NCBI GenBank assembly: GCA_046758565.1
Contig: JBHIAO010000002.1
Coordinates: forward strand, 1 to 48,410
Direction: 5' to 3'
Source: Anaerolineae bacterium
Lineage (GTDB): Bacteria > Chloroflexota > Anaerolineae > Epilineales > JAANWY01
Length of the DNA stretch: 48,410 nucleotides
The notes beneath the pieces are model-generated. The model was not told where the DNA came from. It worked only from the letters and a program-made list of their open reading frames with translations, and made no database searches. Both the position numbers and the translations under genes were made by a program. Of the stretch, positions 7,737-17,509 are shown in pieces. The number at the start of each line of letters is the position of its first letter. Within the stretch, counting starts at the first letter, position 1.

Positions 7737-10052
7737 CTAGACCTCGCGGTCCCTGATCACGGCTTCGATAATGCTGTTTTCGCCTTCCTTGAGTGCACGC
7801 AGTACCGTCTCCGGTGAAGCCGGTACCCGCTTGATCTGTACCCCTGTGGCATCGTAAATAGCGTTAAGCACAGCCCCTGCGACAACCGTGGTCGTCAGTT
7901 CACCAATGCCTTTAGCGCCCCACGGTCCTCGCGTGGAGGGCTTCTCCACAATGACAGGCTGCATCTGCCTCGGCATATCCATCGCGGTAAGCAGCAAGTA
8001 GTCGTGGAAGCCGGTCGTCTTGAAGTCGAAAGCCGGATAGCCAGGGTATATGTTCTCCGTCAAGGCGAAGCCCAGATCGATGCTGGCGCCACCTTCAATC
8101 TGTCCTTCGACCAACAGCGGATTGATGGCTTTACCCACGTCGCATGCCGTGTACAGTTTCTCCACGGTCACCTCGCCGGTCTCGGTATCCACCGCGACTT
8201 CAGCGATGCTCGCGCCGTATCCGTACGCCTCGTACGGCACGCACATGCCGGTCTCGTAGTTGAAGGGGGTAGTGGTGGTAATGACGTAGTTGCCCTTGCC
8301 CATCAGGAAACGCCCTTGCTCCTTGACCGCTTTGTAGGCCACTTCGGCAAAAGTGAGATTGCGCTCGGGAAAACCCTCGACAAAGATCAGGCCGTCCTTT
8401 ATGTCCAGGTCTTCTGGCGCAATTTCCATCTCTTCTGTAGCCACCTCCAGCAACTGCCGGCGCGCGTCCTCAGCAGCGTTCTTCACCGCGTTGCCCGTCA
8501 CGTAGGTGACCTGGCTGGCGCCCGTGCCGGCGTCTATGGGAGTGGTCTCCGTGTCGGCATTGGTCACGGTGATCGTCTCCAGCGGAATACCTAATACCTC
8601 TGCAGTCATCTGAGCCAGGACCGTCTTCGCACCTTGGCCCACGTCTACTGTACCGATGAGCAGATTGACAGTGCCATCGGCGTTGATGCGTACCTGGGCC
8701 ATGCTGGACTCGCCACCCCGGGTGGCCCCTGTATTCATGTGGCTCACGCAGACACCACGCCCCCGCTTGATCACCCCGTCGCTCTCCAGCGGCTTTCGTG
8801 CTTCCCAGCGGTAGGCCTCAGCCACTGCCTTCAACACTTCTTCTGCGGAGACGACATCGTGAGGATGGCCGGTGGCACTGATGTCTCCATCACGCAGGGT
8901 GTTTTTCAACCTAATCTCGATAGAATCCATCCCGAGTTCTCTGGCAATCCTATCCATCTGCTGCTCGAAGGCCATGGTGTCTACAGCTACGCCGTAGCTG
9001 CGTAGCGCCCCGGCGGGGGTCTTGTTGGTGAAAGCCAGGTAACCATCGTAGTGGTAGTCGGGAATGTTGTAAGGGCCGCGACCGAAAATAGCATTCTTTT
9101 TGATCCCTGTACCACCGTCCATGAAGTAGGCACCGCTGTCCTTGATGGACTTTACCTGGCGCGCCACGATGGTGCCGTCTTTCTTGACCCCCGTTTTCAT
9201 TTTCAAGATGTATGAGCTGCGGCTTGTAGAGAGGGTGAACTCTTCCTCCCGCGTCCAGACCCACTTGGCGGGGCGACCGGTCTCTAACGCCACCAACGCG
9301 GCAACGGCTTCGCAAGCCAGCTCGCCCTTTCCGCCAAAGCTACCACCAACAGTGCCACCTACCACGCGCACCTTCGTAAGCGGCATCTGCAGCACCTCAG
9401 CCAGGTGTTCCTGAAAGGAGAAGACCCTGTGACCCACGGTGTGTACCGTCACCTTGCCCCGTGGGTCCACCTCGGCGAAGGCCGCGTGAGTCTCGATAGG
9501 GGCCTGTTCTTGCCACTGGCTGATAAAAACATCTTCGAAAACGTAGTCTGCCTCGCTGAAACCCTGTTCCACGTCGCCCAGCCGGATGCGCAGACGATCG
9601 TAAGTGCCGAAGTTCCATACATTTCCACCCTCGTGTATCACCGGGGCATCCGGCCCCATCGCCTCCAACGGATCAAAGACGGGCTCCAACACTTCGTACT
9701 CGATATCGATCAGCTTGACCGCTTCTTCAGCTATAGTCACATCTTCAGCAGCGACGGCCACGATCGGCTGGTGCACGTAGCGCGTGTACTCTTCCGCCAG
9801 CACCAACTGGTCGTTGGAGTAACCGAACCGGTTCTGTGGGACGTCTCGATACGTCAGAACGCAGACAACGCCGGACAACGCCTCGGCCTTGCTGGTATCT
9901 ACGCTTAAGATCCGCGCGTTGTGGTGATCACTCCCCCTGACCTTGACGTGAACCATGCCTGGCAGTTGGATGTCTGCGATATACTTCGTGGCACCGGTGG
10001 CATGGGCGATACCGTCATATTTCGGGATGCGTTGTCCGACAGCCATCACCAA
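7737..10052 (-). CDS. Xanthine dehydrogenase family molybdopterin-binding large subunit
   Basis: TGATKYIAD, QAPIETH, VGGSFGGKG, GALRSYG, DVGQG, GQIEGG and GAKGIGE. The start may be 10049 or 10046. Confidence 0.92.
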   Translation of the reverse strand: MVMAVGQRIPKYDGIAHATGATKYIADIQLPGMVHVKVRGSDHHNARILSVDTSKAEALSGVVCVLTYRDVPQNRFGYSNDQLVLAEEYTRYVHQPIVAVAAEDVTIAEEAVKLIDIEYEVLEPVFDPLEAMGPDAPVIHEGGNVWNFGTYDRLRIRLGDVEQGFSEADYVFEDVFISQWQEQAPIETHAAFAEVDPRGKVTVHTVGHRVFSFQEHLAEVLQMPLTKVRVVGGTVGGSFGGKGELACEAVAALVALETGRPAKWVWTREEEFTLSTSRSSYILKMKTGVKKDGTIVARQVKSIKDSGAYFMDGGTGIKKNAIFGRGPYNIPDYHYDGYLAFTNKTPAGALRSYGVAVDTMAFEQQMDRIARELGMDSIEIRLKNTLRDGDISATGHPHDVVSAEEVLKAVAEAYRWEARKPLESDGVIKRGRGVCVSHMNTGATRGGESSMAQVRINADGTVNLLIGTVDVGQGAKTVLAQMTAEVLGIPLETITVTNADTETTPIDAGTGASQVTYVTGNAVKNAAEDARRQLLEVATEEMEIAPEDLDIKDGLIFVEGFPERNLTFAEVAYKAVKEQGRFLMGKGNYVITTTTPFNYETGMCVPYEAYGYGASIAEVAVDTETGEVTVEKLYTACDVGKAINPLLVEGQIEGGASIDLGFALTENIYPGYPAFDFKTTGFHDYLLLTAMDMPRQMQPVIVEKPSTRGPWGAKGIGELTTTVVAGAVLNAIYDATGVQIKRVPASPETVLRALKEGENSIIEAVIRDREV

Positions 10053-10095
10053 TTCCCCTCAAGATTCATGCAAACGACGAGTTATTCAGGATGCT

Positions 10096-11040
10096 TCACT
10101 CGTATCGAATTCGCGGGTCTAGATACGCGTACGCCAGGTCCACAATGAGATTACTGATGATCACAGCCAAAGCCATCACCAAGATCACACCCTGCACCAT
10201 CGGATAATCCCGAGTAAACACCGAGCTGGCGACCAGGCGCCCGATGCCGGGGAGCGCGAAGATCATTTCGATGATAATGGTCCCCCCAATGATGGTTCTG
10301 ACTTGCAGGCCGAGAATGGTTACCACCGGGATGAGCGCATTCTTGAGTGCGTGTGAACGAATAACTGTCTGTTCGTGGAGGCCCTTGGCTCGCGCCGTGA
10401 TGATATACTGTTCTCCCAGGACCGCCAGCAGGTTGGCACGGAGTTGACGCATGATAACCGCGGACATTGCCGCACCCAAGGTTAATGCCGGCATGAGCAG
10501 CGATCTGATGCCCCCTACCGGATCCTCTAGCGGATTCACATAACCCGTCGCCGGTAGCCAACGCAAAATGAGTGCGAAGAGAAAGATAAGCAATATGCCC
10601 AGCCAAAAATTGGGCATGGCTACCCCCACCAGCGCGAATCCGGTTCCGACTATGTCGAGTAGGGAATTGCGTTTCAGCGCCGATAAGATACCAATAGGGA
10701 CAGCGATTGTCAAAGCAATGAGAATCGCCAATGCGCCCAATTGAATACTTACGGGCAGCCGCTGGCCGATGGCCTCCAAAACGGGTTGGCGTGTGCGCAG
10801 AGATGAGCCAAGATCACCGCGCAGGGCGCTTCCGGCCCAGCGCAGGTACTGGATGTAAATGGGCTGGTCGAGTCCCAGCTTAGCGCGCACCTGGGCGGCC
10901 AACTCCTCGCTATATTCCTCCCCCAGCATTATCACAGCCGGGTCGCCGGGTGCCAGGTGTAGAACGGAAAAGACCATCAGTGTAACGATTAGCAGAACAG
11001 GAACGGTCGAGATCAGACGCCTCACCAGATACTTCGTCAC
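10096..11040 (-). CDS. Peptide/nickel-type ABC transporter permease (DppB/OppB-like)
   Basis: PGDPA, GLDQPIYIQY, GDLGSS, YIITARAKGL (EAA loop), RDYPMVQG and DPRIR. Start re-assigned to the GTG at 11040 (VTKYLVRRL). Confidence 0.9.
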   Translation of the reverse strand: MTKYLVRRLISTVPVLLIVTLMVFSVLHLAPGDPAVIMLGEEYSEELAAQVRAKLGLDQPIYIQYLRWAGSALRGDLGSSLRTRQPVLEAIGQRLPVSIQLGALAILIALTIAVPIGILSALKRNSLLDIVGTGFALVGVAMPNFWLGILLIFLFALILRWLPATGYVNPLEDPVGGIRSLLMPALTLGAAMSAVIMRQLRANLLAVLGEQYIITARAKGLHEQTVIRSHALKNALIPVVTILGLQVRTIIGGTIIIEMIFALPGIGRLVASSVFTRDYPMVQGVILVMALAVIISNLIVDLAYAYLDPRIRYE

Positions 11041-11079
11041 GATGTGAGCTCTCTTTGCTTGATCTTTCACTCGAGCAGC

Positions 11080-11118
11080 GTTGCTTGGGGGGAGAGGAAC
11101 TCCCTCCCCCCAAGCAAC
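11080..11118. terminator. Strong intercistronic stem-loop between the binding-protein and permease genes
   Basis: Perfect 15-bp inverted repeat GTTGCTTGGGGGGAG (11080-11094) / CTCCCCCCAAGCAAC (11104-11118). No U-tract, so it is more likely an mRNA-stabilising or attenuating hairpin than an intrinsic terminator. Confidence 0.55.
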
Positions 11119-11128
11119 AGGAACACCG

Positions 11129-12772
11129 CTATTGGCTGCCCGCCCCAGCAATCCACACCGTCTCGAAGCGCATCATCCCATCGGGCTGTTGGACGTAGTC
11201 CTGCATGCGTTGGCTGTGCGCCCGCACAATAGGGATGAAGTGATAGAAAACCATGGGCACCTGGTCGATGATCATCTGCTCGGCCTCGGCGATGATCTTC
11301 TTGCGCTCCTCTGGATTCGCCACCTCGCGTTGGGCCTCGAGGAGTTCATCGATCTCGTCGTGACTGAAGTTCATGAAGTTGTTGCCACCCTCGATGGCCG
11401 AGCTGTGAAAGTGGCGGTAGAGATTACCATCGGGGTCCACCCGACCACTCCACCAGGACTGCCCCGCCTGAAAGTCATCGGCACGGATGCGGGCGAAGCC
11501 AGCCGCAACCTCCATGGTGGTCAGCTTAACGTTGATACCGAAATCGCCGGCCATGGCTTGTACGGCCTGGCCCAAAGTCTGGTCTAGCGGGCGCTGCCAG
11601 ATGATCATCTCAAAGTCGTAACCATCAGGCTTACCGCACTCCTCCAGCTTCTGTCGCACCATATCTGGGTCATAGTCAATGCCCTTGACTCCTTCGCTCC
11701 AGGCCCAACTAGTGGGTGGGACAGAACCGCGTCCCTCGGCACCGGTGCTGAAGAAGACAGATTGCAGCAGGGCCTCGCGGTCGATGGCGTAGGCCAGCGC
11801 CTGCCGGCAGGCCACATTGTCGAACGGTGGCGCCGTGGTGTTGATGCGGATCATCTCGAAGCCGAGCCCCGGCACTTCTCTATAGACCAGATTCTGATCT
11901 CGCTTTAGGGTGGCTATGTCTTTGGGGGCCACCTCATCCAGGATGTCAATATCCCCAGTTCTGAGGGCCGTGAGACGAGCTGTGCTGTCAGGAATGACCC
12001 TGAAAACCACCCGATCTAGATAGGGGAGCCCTTCACGCCAATAGTTCTCGTTGCGCTCCACAGTGAGGTGGTCATCCTTTACCCACTCGCCAAGCTTGAA
12101 GGGGCCGGTACCCACCGGATTGCGCGTGTAGTCCTCCCCGAATTTCTGCACGGCGGCAGGAGAGCGTATCATCCCCGCCCGATCCGTGAGAACGCTCAGG
12201 AAAGGCGCGAAGGGGTGTTTCAGCGTGATGGCAATTGTGTGTTCATCAATGGCCTCCATCGACTCGATGACAGACATGTCAGCCCGCTGGGTTGACTGCA
12301 CATCGGGATCGAGGATGTTCTCGAAGTTAAACTTCACAGCCTCAGCGTTAAAATCTGTGCCGTCGTGGAACTTGACGCCCTCTTGCAGGTGGAATGTGTA
12401 TGTTCGACCATCGTCCGAGATTTCCCACGACTTGGCCAGCATGGGCACGATGTTGAGGTTCTCGTCCAGGTCAACCAACGGATCATAGATCGCATGAGCT
12501 GCCACCCGATCTGACCATGCGGAAGAGACCATGGGGTCGAGATTCTCAAAACCAGTAGCTAACCCAACCCGGACAGTCCCACCACGGCGCTGATCTATCT
12601 CAACGACGACGGTTTCCTTGACCTTCACCTCCTTCTCGACCACCTTGGTGACCTCGACCTCCACCCTTTCCGGCGTAGGTGTGGCGCATGCGCTCAGGAC
12701 CAAACCGACGATCACCATGCCGACTCCTAGGACGAACCACGTTCGTCCCGACTTCCTACTCGAGAAGCTCAT
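11129..12772 (-). CDS. ABC transporter substrate-binding lipoprotein, family 5 (DppA/OppA-like)
   Basis: Lipobox LSAC, LAKSWEISDDG..YTFHL..GVKFHDGTDFNAEAVK family-5 signature, PVGTGPF and an AAGGAGG RBS. Confidence 0.92.
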   Translation of the reverse strand: MSFSSRKSGRTWFVLGVGMVIVGLVLSACATPTPERVEVEVTKVVEKEVKVKETVVVEIDQRRGGTVRVGLATGFENLDPMVSSAWSDRVAAHAIYDPLVDLDENLNIVPMLAKSWEISDDGRTYTFHLQEGVKFHDGTDFNAEAVKFNFENILDPDVQSTQRADMSVIESMEAIDEHTIAITLKHPFAPFLSVLTDRAGMIRSPAAVQKFGEDYTRNPVGTGPFKLGEWVKDDHLTVERNENYWREGLPYLDRVVFRVIPDSTARLTALRTGDIDILDEVAPKDIATLKRDQNLVYREVPGLGFEMIRINTTAPPFDNVACRQALAYAIDREALLQSVFFSTGAEGRGSVPPTSWAWSEGVKGIDYDPDMVRQKLEECGKPDGYDFEMIIWQRPLDQTLGQAVQAMAGDFGINVKLTTMEVAAGFARIRADDFQAGQSWWSGRVDPDGNLYRHFHSSAIEGGNNFMNFSHDEIDELLEAQREVANPEERKKIIAEAEQMIIDQVPMVFYHFIPIVRAHSQRMQDYVQQPDGMMRFETVWIAGAGSQ

Positions 12773-12852
12773 CTTCTAAACCTCCTTCAGTGTTTTGGCA
12801 ACTAGCGATGACCCAGATCCCTCCATGCATACAAAATCCTTCGCCGATATCG

Positions 12853-14544
12853 TTACGCGAGCACCACCTCCCCTCTTGCATTGTCACCTCGATGGACAGT
12901 CATGAGCATTGAAAAACGCCCCCGAACGTTGTCCTCCGCAAGGCTTATGATGATGTTGCCAAGCCAATGCTCGTCATCTTGCCGAGGATAGTCTTCGCGG
13001 AAATGGGCACCGCGGCTCTCTGTGCGTATCAGCGCAGCCTCAGCAATAGCTTCCGCCGTGAGGCACATGTTCTCCAGCTCGAAATAGCACGCCATGTCAC
13101 GAGGGCCATGCAGTGCTACGTCGGCGAGCCCAGTCCGTGTCTCGGCAATGGCCTCCTTCGTGCGTTCCAAAGATCGTCTGGAGCGGACAATCGAGCCTTC
13201 GGACCACATGGTCCGTCTCAGGATTACCTTCAGACTGGATAACGACACGTTGCCATTTGGCGGATGCATCCGTTCAGGCCACGCACGAGCAGCAAGTGCC
13301 GGCAGCCCAGGCTCCGTTAGAGCGATTCCTGCAGCCGCCTGCCCTGATCGAGCACCAAACACCAGGGTTTCAGGCAGCGCGTTGCCGGGCAGTCGGTTGG
13401 CTCCGTGCACACCGCCGGCTGCTTCTCCCGCGGCGAAGAGTCGAGGAATGCCCGTCCAACCCCACTCGTCAATGGACACGCCACCGTTGAAGAAATGAGC
13501 CTGAGGTGAGACGACGACGTACTCGCTCGCAAGATCAATCTGATGCTCGCCGAAGGCCTGAACCAGGTCGTCATACCGGGTGGCTAAGGCGTCGGGCTTG
13601 ATGCGCGAACAATCAAGATAGACGCCTCCGTCGACACCCCGGCCGGCCTTGACTTCGGCAAAGATCGCCCTGGAGACCACATCTCGCGTGCCCGTCTCCA
13701 ACGTCTCCGGCGCGTAGCGGCGAATAAAGCGTTCGTGCCGGCTGTTGCGCAACACAGCACCGTCATGAAAGATGGAATCCAAAAGCGTCAGTTTGAAAGG
13801 ATGTGTGACACCTAGCGGATGGTACTGTACAAACTCCATGTCCCGAAGAGTGGCACCCGCCCGCAGCGCCAGCGCGTAGGATTCACCTACCACATCGCTG
13901 GTGTTGGTGGTCCTGGCAAAGAGGCTTCCTCCACCACCGGCGGCCAGAATCGTGGCGCCCGCGTGAATCTCCAGAAACTGACCGTCGTTGTGACTGATAG
14001 CCAAGGCACCGATGGCTTCGCCATCACAAAGCAAAATATCGACAACCCCCGTTCGCTCGATGCAGCGTACACCCAATGCCTCGATGCGATCGCGCATGGG
14101 CAGTGTGATGGCCAAGGCCTGCAAGGGCGGCCGATGCTCCGCAGTGCGGACGCGTACGTTGCGCGGCCGAGAATGGCCCGGAGAGTGGCGGCGAAGCAGG
14201 TCAGCGTCCTGCGTGTAGAAAGGGATCCCCCAGGCCTGCAATTCCTGAATGCGTTGGCCGGCCTCAGTCACCAACACACGCACCAGATCTTCGTCGTTGA
14301 GAAACTGGCCGCCTCGCAGCGTATCTTGCACGTGGGCCTCGCGCTCTGCGTCGCTACCATTGACAACCGCGGCGAGTGAAGCACCAGAGATCACGGTATT
14401 GCCGCTACGCGCGATAGGACCTTTGGAGACAATGGTCACGTCGTCACATCGTTCCCGTGCTGCCAGGGCAGCTCGCAGGGCGGTGGCGCCTCCGCCGATG
14501 ACGAGAACATCGGTAGACAGTTGAGCGGGTTCAGGCCAGACCAT
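12853..14544 (-). CDS. FAD-dependent oxidoreductase, SdhA/FrdA/NadB flavoprotein family
   Basis: DVLVIGGG, DMEFVQYHP, TRDVVSRAI, AHFFNGG, HGANRLPGNAL and RTESRGAHFREDYP. Confidence 0.9.
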   Translation of the reverse strand: MVWPEPAQLSTDVLVIGGGATALRAALAARERCDDVTIVSKGPIARSGNTVISGASLAAVVNGSDAEREAHVQDTLRGGQFLNDEDLVRVLVTEAGQRIQELQAWGIPFYTQDADLLRRHSPGHSRPRNVRVRTAEHRPPLQALAITLPMRDRIEALGVRCIERTGVVDILLCDGEAIGALAISHNDGQFLEIHAGATILAAGGGGSLFARTTNTSDVVGESYALALRAGATLRDMEFVQYHPLGVTHPFKLTLLDSIFHDGAVLRNSRHERFIRRYAPETLETGTRDVVSRAIFAEVKAGRGVDGGVYLDCSRIKPDALATRYDDLVQAFGEHQIDLASEYVVVSPQAHFFNGGVSIDEWGWTGIPRLFAAGEAAGGVHGANRLPGNALPETLVFGARSGQAAAGIALTEPGLPALAARAWPERMHPPNGNVSLSSLKVILRRTMWSEGSIVRSRRSLERTKEAIAETRTGLADVALHGPRDMACYFELENMCLTAEAIAEAALIRTESRGAHFREDYPRQDDEHWLGNIIISLAEDNVRGRFSMLMTVHRGDNARGEVVLA

Positions 14545-14553
14545 ACAGGTTCC

Positions 14554-15030
14554 TCACTGCGCCGTGGCCATACGCCTGGCCGCTTCCATCGCGGTCTCAA
14601 TGATCTTCATGTATCCCGTGCAGCGACATAGATTCCCGGAGATGGCAAAGCGAATGTCGTCCTCCGTGGGATCGGGGTTTTCATCCAGTAGCCCCTTCAG
14701 CGCGATGAGTATTCCCGGCGTGCAAATACCACACTGGGTCCCCCCCAGCTCGACGATGGCTGCTTGGAGCGGATGGGGGTTGGCCGGCGTGCCCAGCCCT
14801 TCAACGGTAATGATTGTTCTGCCCTGGGCTGCGAGGGCCGGGACCAGACAACTATTCACTGGTAGGCCGTCCAGCAACACGAGGCAAGTGCCGCAATCGC
14901 CGGTGCCACACCCCTTCTTCGGTCCGGTAACGCCAAGCTTCTCGCGCAAAGCGTCGAGCAGCGACATCGTAGGATGTACGGTCAGCGATCGACAGCGTCC
15001 GTTGACTTTCAACGTGCCTGTATATTCCAT
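14554..15030 (-). CDS. Xanthine dehydrogenase family 2Fe-2S small subunit
   Basis: GCGTGDCGTC...NSCL, TVEGL, QCGICTPG and GNLCRCTGY. Start taken at MEYTG (15030). Confidence 0.93.
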   Translation of the reverse strand: MEYTGTLKVNGRCRSLTVHPTMSLLDALREKLGVTGPKKGCGTGDCGTCLVLLDGLPVNSCLVPALAAQGRTIITVEGLGTPANPHPLQAAIVELGGTQCGICTPGILIALKGLLDENPDPTEDDIRFAISGNLCRCTGYMKIIETAMEAARRMATAQ

Positions 15031-15059
15031 AGTGGAGCCATCCTCCGCGGGGGATTTCT

Positions 15060-15932
15060 CTAGTCCTCGATGCGCTCGCGCGCACCCCGGAGGGCCCGGC
15101 GCACAAGTACATCGGTGATCTGGCGTCTGTACCAAGCTGAGGCGCGCCCGTCGTCAATCGGCCGGCTTTCAGCCACCGCCGTCTGCGCCACAGCTTTAAT
15201 CACGCCGGGGTCGAATGGCTGGCCGATCAATCGCTTTTCTGCTTCGCGTGCTCTGATGGGTGTTGGTGCGACGGCACCCAACGCGATTCTGGCATCTTCA
15301 CAGATACCATCGCCAGGGACCAGGGTCAGACAGACCGAAGCGCTTGCCACGGATAGGTAGAGGGCCTTGCGCTTTCCCTGACGGATGAACATGCTCACCG
15401 TACGCTCTCCGGGAACGGGAAAGCTGATCTCAGTTAGTAGCTCGTCTTCGGCCCGCACCGTTTGACCGGGGCCAGTAAAGAACTGATCCAGGGGCACCTG
15501 CCGGGAGCCGCCGGGACCAACCAATGTTACAGTGGCCTCCAGGACAAGTAGTGGGGGGATTGAGTCGCCGGCGGGCGAGGCACGGACGATGTTTCCACCC
15601 AGGGTTGCCAGATTCTGAATGGGCGGTGCAGCGATGTCGACAGCAATCTCGGCCAACGCAGTGGCCTTGTCCCACAGAAGCCGGGACCTGCCCAGTGTAC
15701 GATAGGTAGTGAGCGCACCAATGCGTATGGTTCCTGAGTCTTCTCGGACGTAATCCATCTCACGAATATTCCCGATGTACATCAGGTAGGTGGGTGGCTG
15801 CACACGACCAAGGGTGAGATCCACCATCGCGTCGGTTCCGCCGGCTACTATCATCGTGTCTTGGCCATACTCGCCCAGCAGTTGCACGGCCTCTGGAATC
15901 GTAGCCGGAGCGAGATAGCGGACATCCTTCAT
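15060..15932 (-). CDS. Xanthine dehydrogenase family FAD-binding medium subunit
   Basis: AGGTD, IGALTT, IQNLATLGGN, ASPAGD, GAVAPTP and PIDDGRASAWYR. GGAGG RBS before the ATG at 15932. Confidence 0.92.
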   Translation of the reverse strand: MKDVRYLAPATIPEAVQLLGEYGQDTMIVAGGTDAMVDLTLGRVQPPTYLMYIGNIREMDYVREDSGTIRIGALTTYRTLGRSRLLWDKATALAEIAVDIAAPPIQNLATLGGNIVRASPAGDSIPPLLVLEATVTLVGPGGSRQVPLDQFFTGPGQTVRAEDELLTEISFPVPGERTVSMFIRQGKRKALYLSVASASVCLTLVPGDGICEDARIALGAVAPTPIRAREAEKRLIGQPFDPGVIKAVAQTAVAESRPIDDGRASAWYRRQITDVLVRRALRGARERIED

Positions 15933-15943
15933 GTAAGCCTCCA

Positions 15944-17368
15944 TCAGTGAGACTGCTGCGGGCCAGTCGCGCCGTCTTCCACGGATAATAGAGTAGGAAT
16001 CCAGTCGCTGTTGTGAGCATTTTCCAATGCATTAATTTGGGCTCGCAACGCCTGCGACTTCTCGTGCCCGAGAATAGGCGAAGTAAGTACCTCAAACTTC
16101 GTCGCAAGGGCATCATCTGAGAGCGGTGCCTCTGGATCGCCCGACGGCACATCGACGGATACCACGTGCTGCTGCCCGCCGGCTGTCGTCAAGGCAACCC
16201 GTACGCGGCGACCCACACCATCACTCGAGCGAAATTCAGTGCCGCTGACACCTCGCACGCGAGAGGCGACGGAGAGTACCTCATCGTCGGTTAGATTGGC
16301 AGTGTTCAGCCAGTCGTAGCCGGGCGTCTTGCCGAGGACAGCCATAGCGGCGACGTAGGGCACACTGAATTGGGCGTCTATAATGTCATCCGGGACGTCC
16401 ACCATGAAGTCTTGTATGAGCTGTGAATCGGATTCGACGGTTATCTCCCGCACGGTGGAAGGTGTAAGTCTCTCCTGGGTCATGAGCTCAGTAATGGCGT
16501 CAATGGTGGAGTGTGTGTGGCGGCAAGCTGGGTACGGTTTGAAGGCAACCTCCTCGATCACGTAGCGACTACCCAATCCGTCCGTGAAAGCGGCCCAGTC
16601 ACATTGGTCGGAGCCGGCCATACGCCAGAAACCGTTGTCGCCATCCAGGATGGTCAGATTGCCACGAAAGCCCTGTGCGGCGAGCTGCGCAGCGACAAGC
16701 CCGCCCATGGACGCCCATCCGTAGTTATTCTTGACCCAAGCATAGGGCCGCTCTTTACGCCCCGATTTGCGCACGAACGGGACCGACGCGTTGGTTGCTG
16801 CAATGGCCAGGGCATGCGCAAATTGATTGGTGTTTAGCCCTAGCAGTTTGGCAGCAACCGTGGCCGCGCCAAAGATCTGCCAGGTGCTGAACCCTATGAC
16901 CAGCGCGCCTTGTTCCGGCGAGGGCTTTGTCGCCATACCGATCCGCACGGAAATCTCGTAGCCAGCAACGACGGCTGTCAAGAGATCGCGCCCGGAGGCG
17001 TTCAGGTCTTCAGCCAAGGAGATGGCTGGTGGGACAATTGTGGCCCCAGGGTGGCCGATGAGTTCATGGGTGTCGTCGAAGTCCAAAGCGTTGCTGAAGT
17101 ACGCATTGGCATATACGGCCCATGGCAACGGGGCACGCCACGGCGTACCAACCACAGTACACTCGCCGATGGCTGTAGTCAACCCCCCTAGTGTCTTGAG
17201 CACGACCTGACTAGGCGTCATGCGACTGCCGCCGACCATACAGCCAACGGAATCGAGAATGGATTGCATAGCCTGCCGTACGATGCGAGGAGGCAAATCC
17301 TGAAAGTGCAAGCCCACGGCATAGCTGGCGAGCTTATCTATGGTGCCAGACATGATAGGAGATGTCAA
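15944..17368 (-). CDS. MmgE/PrpD family protein
   Basis: ILDSVGC, LDFDDTH...HPGA, GYEI, FKPYPACRHTH, AQFSVPY and GDPEAPLS. The start is uncertain (TTG at 17368 or ATG at 17353). Confidence 0.9.
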   Translation of the reverse strand: MTSPIMSGTIDKLASYAVGLHFQDLPPRIVRQAMQSILDSVGCMVGGSRMTPSQVVLKTLGGLTTAIGECTVVGTPWRAPLPWAVYANAYFSNALDFDDTHELIGHPGATIVPPAISLAEDLNASGRDLLTAVVAGYEISVRIGMATKPSPEQGALVIGFSTWQIFGAATVAAKLLGLNTNQFAHALAIAATNASVPFVRKSGRKERPYAWVKNNYGWASMGGLVAAQLAAQGFRGNLTILDGDNGFWRMAGSDQCDWAAFTDGLGSRYVIEEVAFKPYPACRHTHSTIDAITELMTQERLTPSTVREITVESDSQLIQDFMVDVPDDIIDAQFSVPYVAAMAVLGKTPGYDWLNTANLTDDEVLSVASRVRGVSGTEFRSSDGVGRRVRVALTTAGGQQHVVSVDVPSGDPEAPLSDDALATKFEVLTSPILGHEKSQALRAQINALENAHNSDWIPTLLSVEDGATGPQQSH

Positions 17369-17460
17369 CAGTTGTGAATTGAAGTTGTGGGGAGAGCAAC
17401 CTGAACTCCGAAGGCGGCTAGATTGTGCCCTCTATCCCAAGCCCGCACTCACAAATAGAC

Positions 17461-17509
17461 TATGGATTATAACCTATATAATAATACCAGCCTTTTTCGC
17501 ATTTGTCAA
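17461..17509 (-). promoter_or_regulatory. Sigma70-type promoter of the catabolic operon, with a candidate operator just downstream
   Basis: On the minus strand, TTGACA (17509-17504), a 17-bp spacer and TG-n-TATTAT (17486-17481). An imperfect palindrome TATGGATTATAACCTATA (17461-17478, 14/18) covers the predicted start site. Confidence 0.7.

Noticed and set aside
7737-15932. Aerobic CO dehydrogenase (coxLMS) or 4-hydroxybenzoyl-CoA reductase
   Set aside because: The large subunit has PAGALRSYG rather than AYxCSFR, and the FAD subunit lacks the 4Fe-4S cysteine insertion of HcrB.
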